10,812 nucleotides of DNA from Candidatus Dadabacteria bacterium (GCA_040289575.1 PSLL01000004.1:101242-112053), one strand, 5' to 3'; shown: positions 1 to 6,654, counted from the stretch's first letter. Numbers and translations: made by a program. The notes: generated by a model from the letters alone, not told the origin.

Positions 1-921
1 TGGGACATTTATATGGGTTATTTTTGCATCAAAAACAGGGCTTCCAGTTTCTACAACCCACGCAATAACGGGTGCGCTCTGTGGAGCAGGAATTGTAGCA
101 GTTGGCTTCAGTGGAGTAACATGGCCGATCTTAGGCAAAAAGATCTTTCTCCCACTTGCTTTTAGTCCTATTGTCGCACTGGGGATTTCTTGGCTATTCT
201 TCCCAATAATCCGAATGGCGTCTTCACGGGCAGAGCGCTATTGTGTGTGCCTTGAAGTAAGGGAGGGAGTTTCATACGAGATCTGGGGTAGCGATAAAGA
301 GGGAGGGTTTTTAGGGAACCGCAAGTCTATTTTGGATAAATCAGGAGCTGTTGTCACTGTATCCCAAATAAACCCATTCCCACAAGCTACTTCAATGGCT
401 GCAGAGAAAAACGCCTGTTCAGAGTCTCTTTCCCCACTCATAAGACTTGGGTCCCGGATTTATTTCACTGGCTATCCTCAGGGATGACAAGCTTTGCAAG
501 GGGACTGAACGATGCTCCCAAAATCGCGGCTCTTGCATTCGGTATAGGTAGTTTTGAAACCCATCTGCACTCTATTCTCTACTTCGCAGGTATCGCTCTT
601 GCAATGGGTATTGGAAGCATTGTATCGGGATTGAGAGTCACAGAAACGCTCGCAGAGAAGGTCACTCCAATGAATCCTCAAGAGGGATTTGCATCAAATC
701 TTACTATATCACTACTCGTGACAACAGCGGCAAGATTCGGTTTACCTGTTTCAACAACGCATCTCTCAAGCGGTGCAATAATCGGAATAGGACTCAAACG
801 TGGAAAAGAAGCGGTAAGGTGGAAAGTCGTTTTGGAGGTGGTTCTTGCGTGGATTGTCACCCTTCCTGTCTCTGCATTGATTGCGCTCCTCGCTTTTTGG
901 TTTTTGACTAGGATTAGTTAA
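1..921 (+). CDS. PiT (inorganic phosphate transporter) family permease, 5'-partial, with one frameshift at ~449-451
   Basis: Frame 2 is open from base 2 (GTFIWVIFASKTGLPVSTTHAITGALCGAG...). Frame 1 from 451 reads VPDLFHWLSSGMTSFARGLNDAPKI...FGLPVSTTHLSSGAIIG...WIVTLP to TAA at 919-921. Both PHO4-repeat GLPVSTTH motifs and a GxND-type motif are present. One extra G in the GGG at 449-451 joins the frames (LIRLG-VPDLFHW). Confidence 0.9.
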
Positions 922-954
922 GGGGAATAACCATACTAATGAGTCAAAATTTCA

Positions 955-984
955 GTGAAACTTTTAAAAATTATACTCATCAAA
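955..984 (+). promoter_or_regulatory. Putative ECF-sigma promoter GTGAAAC-N17-ATCAAA
   Basis: GAAAC at 957-961, 17-nt spacer, ATCAAA at 979-984, 45 nt before the ATG at 1030. The same motif and spacing recur at 3393-3420 and 4413-4442. Confidence 0.65.
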
Positions 985-1029
985 TAAGCCGATAGACAAT
1001 ATAAAACCTTTAAAAGGAGGTAAGAAACC

Positions 1030-1419
1030 ATGGCTAAGTATCTTGGGTTCTTTGCGGCTCTAATTGTGGGGGCTTTTCTCATTGCCTCTTCTCTGGCCTC
1101 TGCAGCAGAGAAGAAGGAGATGATGGGAAAGGAAGCGACTATTACAGGGCAAGTAGTTGACCCTGCTTGTTATGTGAGTATGGGTTTAAATGGGGAAACA
1201 CACAAGCAGTGTGCCACCGCCTGTGCAAAGGCTGGACAGGCTTTTGGCATTCTGGACAAAAAATCCGGTGTCCTTTACCAGGTTATAGAAGCATCCCCCA
1301 CAACAGACCCCAATAAGCTTCTTTGGGATCATGTAGAACAGACAGTCACAGTAAAGGGTAAGGTTTTTGAGAAGGATGGAATACACGCCATTGCTCCCGA
1401 AGAGGTTAAGGGAAGTTAA
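1030..1419 (+). CDS. Secreted/periplasmic hypothetical protein with DxxCY...HxxCAxxC motif (possible metal- or redox-active site)
   Basis: Strong RBS AAGGAGGT just upstream; Sec-type signal peptide ending ASA-A; motifs ITGQVVDPACY and HKQCATAC; followed by a terminator-like hairpin. Confidence 0.85.
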   Translation: MAKYLGFFAALIVGAFLIASSLASAAEKKEMMGKEATITGQVVDPACYVSMGLNGETHKQCATACAKAGQAFGILDKKSGVLYQVIEASPTTDPNKLLWDHVEQTVTVKGKVFEKDGIHAIAPEEVKGS

Positions 1420-1435
1420 TTAACTGCACACATCG

Positions 1436-1472
1436 GATGGAAGCATCTAAATAAGATGCTTCCATCTCTTTA
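1436..1472. terminator. Intrinsic terminator-like hairpin between convergent genes
   Basis: Perfect 13-bp stem GATGGAAGCATCT (1436-1448), loop AAATA, AGATGCTTCCATC (1454-1466), then TCTTTT on the + strand. Confidence 0.75.
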
Positions 1473-1521
1473 TCTACGTATTCACCGTAAAACTCCATAC
1501 AATGGAATTGCTTGGCTCCTT

Positions 1522-2559
1522 TCAGTTAAGTATCTTCACAAAAAGTTTAAGGAGCTTCTGGATTAAGCCTGAGGAATAGAGCTTCTCACTACAATTCCGG
1601 CCTGATACTCAGCCGTGTGTGTAAAAAGATAAGGCCCCACTACATCTCCACATGCCCAGATGTTTTTGGCAGTGGTTTGAAGCCTATCATTTACGACTAT
1701 CCCATTTTTGTTATATTCAACCCCTGCCGCTTCAAGATTCAACCCCTCAACATTCGGCGCGCGCCCTACAGCAACCAGGATTTCATCCGCTCTAAATGCG
1801 ATTTCCTGTCCGTTTCTCTCACAGATGACGGACTTCTTCCCATTTTCTGTAAGAATCCGTTTAATCTTTGTTCTTGTGTGGAGTTTGACTCCCTCTTTAT
1901 TTAAAATCTCCTCAAGCGCCTTTGAAATATCTTCATCCTCTTTTGAAAGAACCCGATCCATCATCTCTATCACAGTGACATCGGAGCCGAATCTTGAGAA
2001 CGCTTGGCAGAATTCAATTCCGATGGGGTCCCCCGCCGATTATAATAATTGACTGCGGCAGGGTTTTTAGGTGGAACGCCTCAACGTGTGTGATGAAACC
2101 CGTTTCCTTCAGCCCCTCAATTGGTGGTGTAAAAGACCTGGAGCCTGTAGATATGACAAATTTTTTACCCTTAATCTTTCTCCCATTAATCTCTAACTCC
2201 ATCGGCGATAGAAACTTAGGCTCGCCAAATATTACATCCACCCCCATCTTTTTAAATCTCTCAGGGTCGTCGTGTTCCCCAATCTTGTTTATTACGTCCT
2301 GAACATGACCAATTACATTTGCAAAATCAAATGAAACAGGGGTTTCGTTTAGCCCAAACTCTTTTGCGCGTCGAATTAGCGAGACTACCTTGGCGGATTG
2401 AATAAGAGTTTTGCTCGGCACACATCCCGACCAGGTGCAGTCGCCCCCAGTTTTTCTTTTTTCAATGAGCGCGACTTTAAGCCCGAATTTCACAGAGCCA
2501 CTTGCGACTGTAAGTCCCGCCGCCCCTCCTCCTATTACTATAATATCGTAATTATCCAT
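1522..2559 (-). pseudogene. Class-I pyridine nucleotide-disulfide oxidoreductase (MerA/LpdA-like), frameshifted and missing the dimerisation domain
   Basis: ATG at 2559 with AAGGA RBS; VIGGGAAG FAD motif; GGDCTWSGCVPSK redox disulfide; IGGGP-IGIEF NAD(P) motif split by one extra base in the G4 run at 2025-2028; AVGRAPN and WACGDV motifs. The frame stops after HTAEYQAGIVVR, and an out-of-frame tail EKLYSSGLIQKLLKLFVKILN ends in TGA at 1522-1524. Confidence 0.85.
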
Positions 2560-2607
2560 ACAACTTTCCTTCAAAATGCTATCTTTGTTATTCCGATCTA
2601 TGGTAAG

Positions 2608-3294
2608 TTAAAATACCTCTTTTTGTTTCTTTCTCCTCTTTAAATACCATGGCACAAGAATTGAAACAACAACCAGAAAAGATGCAATAAGAACCGCAAA
2701 TCCGCCTTTTGTGATTGAGCCACCGAAATACGAATACACGGCAGTGGTCGGAATGATGCCAATGATGGTAGCGACAAAGTGATTCCAGAATGAGATTCTT
2801 AAAACCCCTGAGGCGTAACTAACCAAATCAAACGGGGGTCCAACAGGAGAGGTTCTGATTATAAGCAGTGTCTTAAATCCACTATTACTTAACTTTTTAT
2901 TGAACTTGTCTAATTTTCCCTTCGATATTTCCTCAACAAAATCCTTACCGAGTACCCTCGCTATTAGAAAGCATAGGCTGGCATTGAGCGTTGCTCCAAA
3001 TACAGTTAGAACAGTTCCCCACAGAGGGCCGAACGCAAACCCTCCCGCGAATGTGTAAAGCGTCGGCGGTATGGGAATAAAGGGTCTTATTGAAAACGTG
3101 TATATGGCAAGATAGACAATCGCTCCTTTTAACATTCCGAAGCTCAGAAGATAGTCTCTGATTTTTGAAGGTGTTAAATCCTTAATATCCGAAGCTCTGA
3201 TTAAGAAAGACACCGCAATCAGAATTCCAACCAATCCGAGTATCTGTGCTATTTTCTTTCTGTTCACGTCAGTCAATGTATTAGCCATATCCAC
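2608..3294 (-). CDS. TVP38/TMEM64 (VTT/SNARE-associated, DedA superfamily) membrane protein
   Basis: Family motifs PIPPTLYTFAGGFAFGPLWG, GATLNASLCFLIARVLG, IRTSPVGPPFDLVSYASG, ATIIGIIP. GAGGGA RBS precedes GTG 3294 (alternative ATG 3288). Co-oriented with and directly upstream of the flavin reductase. Confidence 0.9.
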   Translation of the reverse strand: MDMANTLTDVNRKKIAQILGLVGILIAVSFLIRASDIKDLTPSKIRDYLLSFGMLKGAIVYLAIYTFSIRPFIPIPPTLYTFAGGFAFGPLWGTVLTVFGATLNASLCFLIARVLGKDFVEEISKGKLDKFNKKLSNSGFKTLLIIRTSPVGPPFDLVSYASGVLRISFWNHFVATIIGIIPTTAVYSYFGGSITKGGFAVLIASFLVVVSILVPWYLKRRKKQKEVF

Positions 3295-3353
3295 TTAGGT
3301 CAATCCCTCAATTAGTGCCGTAAAATAATTTGCTATTTTGTCTGCGAGTGACT

Positions 3354-3381
3354 GTGGGAGTGTATGGCCCTACGCCCAATT
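3354..3381. repeat. Degenerate GTAG-family REP-like palindrome
   Basis: GTGGGAGTGTATGGCCCTACGCCCAATT resembles a decayed GTAGGGGC...GCCCCTAC element; an imperfect GTGTA/TACGC stem remains. Confidence 0.4.
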
Positions 3382-3392
3382 ATTATCAGCCT

Positions 3393-3420
3393 TTAGATGG
3401 TCTTAGGTGAAATTAGTTTC
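3393..3420 (-). promoter_or_regulatory. Putative ECF-sigma promoter GAAAC-N17-ATCTAA for the TVP38/reductase operon
   Basis: Minus strand reads GAAAC TAATTTCACCTAAGACC ATCTAA, ~98 nt upstream of the TVP38 start. Confidence 0.65.
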
Positions 3421-3671
3421 TAGAAAGAGAATTGTTTAGAGATTTAGGGTCCGAATAAGCCCTTGCAGAAGAGTAGGCAGACACAAAGTAGGGGACAAAA
3501 AAGTAAGAACTGATTTAAAGAAAAAACGGGGGTAAATCTTAAATCCATAATTTCATCATAGTGATTCCTAACTATTAGTATAGGAGCCATAATAGCGGCT
3601 ACCTTAACAGCTCTTGTTGTGGTCTCTCGCCTAAAGAGATTCCTAGAAAATGAGACAAAATTTCCGTTCAT
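3413..3671 (-). pseudogene. NrtS-like small membrane protein, two 1-nt frameshifts
   Basis: GAGGA RBS and ATG at 3671; N-half RAVKVAAIMAPILIVRNHYDEI. Adding one base in the 3521-3532 runs and one in the A6 run at 3497-3502 gives KSVLTFFVPYFVSAYSSARAYSDPKSLNNSLSRN-stop (86 aa), matching the NrtS-type KxxLTxxVPYxVS signature. Confidence 0.7.
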
Positions 3672-3704
3672 TTCATCCTCTTAATTGTTGCTATGATTTA
3701 GAGG

Positions 3705-3732
3705 TTAGATAATCTCTTCTTCGCTCGGTTGT
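3705..3732 (-). promoter_or_regulatory. Weaker candidate ECF promoter (AC)AAC-N17-ATCTAA
   Basis: Minus strand ACAAC CGAGCGAAGAAGAGATT ATCTAA, 33 nt upstream of the NrtS-like ATG. Only the AAC core of the -35 box matches. Confidence 0.35.
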
Positions 3733-3860
3733 ATGATTATACACCTCTGCACACAACCTATATTAATCCCAGACACCATTCTTTTTTAGACCACAGTAAG
3801 ATAAAATAGATAACAATTGCTTCGCGGTGCGTTTTAATACTTTCCCGATTTATTCGGAAC

Positions 3861-4382
3861 TCAATGTTCCAGATCAACCTTAAATGTATCAGCAAACCTA
3901 GTTAGAACGTTAAAAGCTCCAATTACAAGATTAAGCTCTGCAATTTGAGAATCATTAAAGTACTTGCGGAGTTCATTAATAGACTCTTCGCTTGCAGAAA
4001 CCCTCTCGGTCACCTCCTTCGCGAATCTCACAACTGCCCTTTCTTTCTCATCCAAAGCCTCACTATTGGGGTCGGGTGTAACTTCGATTTTTTCTTTTGT
4101 GAGACCAGCTCTCTTGCCGGCTGCGGTGTGATGTGCCGTGCAATAACTGCATCCGTTAATCTTCGATGTCGTGAGAATCGCAAGCTCTTTAAGGGGAACA
4201 TCCACGGCACTTGGACCAAGAACCGCTCCAAGAAACAGCATAAACCCCTGGAGTAGACCGGGGCTATTTGCCATCGCTTTTACAACATTTGGCACCATCC
4301 CGAATTTCTTCTCTAATTGTTCGTATATGGCTTTTACCTCAGCCGGTGCATGATCCTTTTCTATATACGGAATTCTAGCCAT
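3861..4382 (-). CDS. Carboxymuconolactone decarboxylase / AhpD-like peroxidase-related protein
   Basis: MARIP start, GMVPNV, KELAILTTSKINGCSYCTAHH (ExxxxxxSxxNxCxxCxxxH), C-terminal ELNLVIGAFNVLTRF; RBS GAGGAGGT. Confidence 0.92.
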   Translation of the reverse strand: MARIPYIEKDHAPAEVKAIYEQLEKKFGMVPNVVKAMANSPGLLQGFMLFLGAVLGPSAVDVPLKELAILTTSKINGCSYCTAHHTAAGKRAGLTKEKIEVTPDPNSEALDEKERAVVRFAKEVTERVSASEESINELRKYFNDSQIAELNLVIGAFNVLTRFADTFKVDLEH

Positions 4383-4412
4383 AACACACCTCCTCTAAAA
4401 TTTTATCACAAT

Positions 4413-4442
4413 TTAGATACATGAAATTATAAAAGGTTTCAC
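4413..4442 (-). promoter_or_regulatory. Putative ECF-sigma promoter GTGAAAC-N17-ATCTAA for the CMD gene
   Basis: Minus strand GTGAAAC CTTTTATAATTTCATGT ATCTAA, 30 nt upstream of ATG 4382. Confidence 0.7.
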
Positions 4443-4500
4443 GGATTTCCATTTAAGAGAAAATAGATTTAAAATTAGGGATTAAAATACATTTTAACCG

Positions 4501-5184
4501 ATGATCAGTATCGTAATCCCTACATATAACGAGTCTGCTACAATAGAAGCCACACTCACCACCCTCTATGAATTGATCTCACCCGAAGATGAAGTGATTG
4601 TAGTTGATGGTTCGAGCGAGGATAATACAAGAGAAATCGTAAGTACCTTTCCCCGGGCAAAGCTTTTCACTTCTCGAAGGGGACGCGCGGCACAGATGAA
4701 CCTGGGAGCGGAAAAGGCCATAAATGAATACATCCTTTTTCTACATGCCGACACTTCGTTAAGCGCAGAGTGCATAAGTAAGCTGAAAAATGAAATTACC
4801 TTAAATGATGCCAAATGGGGATGGTTTTCAATAAGGCTAAACTCCTCTAAATTGGTCTTTAGAATAATAGAAATGGGAGCAAACCTGAGAACCATGATCA
4901 CTGGAACCCCTCTTGACGATCACGGCATATTCGTAAGAAAAGACATCTTCCTTAGGGTTAGCGGATTCCCGGAGATTCCCCTGATGGAGGATTTAGAGTT
5001 TGTAAGAAGAGTCAAATTCGTCTCAAAAGGGGTTGAGATTAGATCTCCTGTTCAAACAAGCGTCAGGCGGTTTGAAAAATCGGGAATCTTAAAGACGCTT
5101 ATCACGATGTGGGTTCTAAGAATCCTCTATTATCTAGGCACATCCCCTGGGACACTCGCAAGATATTATGCCCACATCAGGTGA
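4501..5184 (+). CDS. GT2 glycosyltransferase, TIGR04283-like (rSAM/selenodomain-associated; arsenosugar-cluster type)
   Basis: ISIVIPTYNE, EVIVVDG, GRAAQMNLGA, LFLHADT, DHGIFVR, GFPEIPLMEDLEF, VQTSVRRF and the terminal LARYY; 227 aa. Confidence 0.88.
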   Translation: MISIVIPTYNESATIEATLTTLYELISPEDEVIVVDGSSEDNTREIVSTFPRAKLFTSRRGRAAQMNLGAEKAINEYILFLHADTSLSAECISKLKNEITLNDAKWGWFSIRLNSSKLVFRIIEMGANLRTMITGTPLDDHGIFVRKDIFLRVSGFPEIPLMEDLEFVRRVKFVSKGVEIRSPVQTSVRRFEKSGILKTLITMWVLRILYYLGTSPGTLARYYAHIR

Positions 5185-5246
5185 TTTTATTATGTAAATC
5201 ACTTTGTAAGGACGATGATAAAAATTAAAAAAATTTCCTCCTCCCC

Positions 5247-5951
5247 TCACTTTTTCCATTCATAAAAATAGTCTGAAAGTCTATCTCTCAAAAAAAGCCT
5301 TGCTCTATGAAGCCTGGATTTAACCGCAGGAACTGAAAGCCCTAATATCTCCGCTGTCTCTTCGTTAGAAAGGCCCTCAATATCACTTAGATGAAAAACA
5401 ACCCTGTAGGATTCCGGAAGTTCATTCACCGACTTCTCTATTATCTCCATCGCCTCTTTGCTTAAAAGCGCTTTATCAGGTCTATTGCTCCAGTCCTTTT
5501 CTTTAACCCTTCCCATAAGGGTTCCATGTTCATCATAAGGAACGTAATCCTCAAGGCTCACATCACTCTCGTGTTTCTTCTCAGTCCTGAGGTGCATATA
5601 GATTGCATTCACTGTGACCCTATAGAGCCAGGTTGAGAACTTGGACTCTCCACGAAATGTGTCAATCTTCATCATGAGTGTAAACAATACCTCCTGTAGA
5701 ACCTCTTCTGCATCGCTAGAGTTACGGGTAATCCTTAGTGCAAGCCTGTAGATCTTCTCACAATAGCGCTTAACAATCTCTTCAAATGCACTCTGGTCAT
5801 TTTTAGTAATGAAAATCTCGATGAGCTTTTCATCCTGCATAGCAGTTGTCTTAAGAAAATTGCCTTTCTTTTCGCCCACTCCAGTGCACTGCCAAGGCGG
5901 ATCACCGCTAAAGGCGCTGATAAGTTTTCTTAAAAACCCTGTCTCCCTCAT
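5247..5951 (-). CDS. ECF-type RNA polymerase sigma-70 factor with N-terminal extension
   Basis: Sigma2 region AFEEIVKRY...DAEEVLQE...FRGESKFSTWLYRVTVN; sigma4 region LPESYRVVFHLSDIEGLSNEETAEILGLSVPAVKSRLHRAR. Confidence 0.95.
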   Translation of the reverse strand: MRETGFLRKLISAFSGDPPWQCTGVGEKKGNFLKTTAMQDEKLIEIFITKNDQSAFEEIVKRYCEKIYRLALRITRNSSDAEEVLQEVLFTLMMKIDTFRGESKFSTWLYRVTVNAIYMHLRTEKKHESDVSLEDYVPYDEHGTLMGRVKEKDWSNRPDKALLSKEAMEIIEKSVNELPESYRVVFHLSDIEGLSNEETAEILGLSVPAVKSRLHRARLFLRDRLSDYFYEWKK

Positions 5952-6090
5952 TTTTTCTTCATATTTAATTCGTCAGAGCCTTCAAATTAGATGCTAGCTA
6001 TTAATTCGATTCTCCATAGAGACAGCCTTCACACAAGATCACGATTCTTTTGCTATAATTCCATCCCCCACACCAAACGACCCCGGCATT

Positions 6091-6110
6091 TCGCAACTCC
6101 CTGAAATCAT
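6091..6110 (-). other. Possible attachment-site flank directly after the tRNA CCA
   Basis: Minus strand ATGATTTCAGGGAGTTGCGA follows the CCA and resembles flanks I recall at tRNA att sites of tyrosine-integrase elements. No integrase is in the window. Confidence 0.3.
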
Positions 6111-6190
6111 TGGCGCCCCCAGAGGGATTTGAACCCCCGACCTGTGGATTCGAAGTCCAACGCTCTTGTCCGGGCTGAGCTATGGGGGGC
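6111..6190 (-). tRNA. tRNA-Arg (anticodon UCG)
   Basis: GCCCCCCA TA GCTC-AGCCCGGACAA-GAGC G TTGGA-CTTCGAA-TCCAC AGGTC GGGGG-TTCAAAT-CCCTC TGGGGGC G CCA: cloverleaf with anticodon TCG, A20 after the D-loop GG, G73 and encoded CCA. The 5' acceptor strand has one C more than the 3' strand has G. Confidence 0.95.
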
Positions 6191-6199
6191 ACATAGGAT

Positions 6200-6227
6200 A
6201 TTATATGGGAGATTATCAATTGCGCAA
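6200..6227 (-). promoter_or_regulatory. Housekeeping sigma70-like promoter of the tRNA
   Basis: TTGCGC (6227-6222), 16-nt spacer, perfect TATAAT (6205-6200), 9 nt before the tRNA 5' end. Confidence 0.6.
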
Positions 6228-6353
6228 TATTTCTGGATGAGAAAACATCGAGCCTTCTTCTCTGACTAAAATATTACGTGAAAACGGACATACGCGAAGG
6301 TATATTTTTTACATATTCAGAGTCAATACATAGAAAAATGAAGGTACCAAAAT

Positions 6354-6638
6354 ATGATAACTGTCCTTATTGCTGATGAAAATGACAATATAAGGGAATC
6401 CATAAGCCTCAGGCTTTCCAACTGCACGGGCTATAGAGTTGTGACCGCATCAAACGGAGCAGATGCCATTTTAAAAGCAAAAGAGATAAAGCCCGATATA
6501 GTTTTTGCCGACATTTCTCTTTCCGATAAGAATGGATATGAGCTATCAAGAGAAATAACAGGAAAAAGGAGCTTCTGGCACGACAGCTTAGAAGAGTCTT
6601 TCTATTGTACGAATCCTAAATTCAGTAGGGGCAAATAG
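6354..6638 (+). pseudogene. Truncated CheY-like receiver (REC) domain protein
   Basis: VLIADE, GYRVVTASNGADAI, KPDIVFADISL (phospho-acceptor Asp), NGYELSREI. Similarity then ends, with no beta4 Thr/Ser strand and no KP motif. AAGG RBS upstream. Confidence 0.7.
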
Positions 6639-6654
6639 TGACTTATTCACACTC
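6625..6654. repeat. Degenerate GTAG-family REP-like element between convergent genes
   Basis: GTAGGGGCAAATAGTGACTTATTCACACTC shares its first 10 nt (GTAGGGGCAA) with the perfect palindrome at 8466. Confidence 0.5.

Noticed and set aside
215..487. 90-aa ORF as an independent gene, or its TGA as selenocysteine
   Set aside because: It is the middle of the PiT gene. The TGA is reached only through the frameshift, and homology continues in another frame, not past the TGA.
1410..1521. AAGGAG after the reductase tail and a ~30-codon minus-strand ORF (MEFYGEYVDK...)
   Set aside because: RBS-ATG spacing is too long, the ORF runs through the terminator hairpin, and it has no recognisable motif.
2014..2030. 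Programmed frameshift or Sec recoding in the flavin reductase
   Set aside because: No slippery heptamer or SECIS-like hairpin is evident; one extra base in a G4 run inside the conserved GGGPIG motif explains it.
1522..2559. Calling the reductase merA or lpdA
   Set aside because: No HMA domain, C-terminal Cys-Cys, mer genes or 2-oxoacid dehydrogenase genes; only a family-level call is supported.
3444..3520. Cys-rich C-terminus (FCPLLCVCLLFCK) as a metal-binding peptide
   Set aside because: Wrong-frame translation after the frameshifts in the NrtS-like gene.
5387..5414. GAATC-N17-ATCTAA inside the sigma coding region (similar site at ~10431-10459 upstream of the anti-sigma)
   Set aside because: The -35 lacks the AAC core and the sequence is explained by the conserved PESYRVVFHL codons.
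5851..5933. TTAAGAAAA/TTTTCTTAA inverted repeat enclosing small hairpins in the sigma 5' region
   Set aside because: Short AT-rich arms inside a probable coding extension; no recognisable riboswitch or MITE features.
6001..6219. 72-aa minus-strand ORF
   Set aside because: It overlaps the tRNA entirely and is a shadow ORF.
6219..6228. ATTGCGCAAT palindrome over the tRNA -35 box
   Set aside because: A single 10-bp palindrome with no second copy; compatible with chance.
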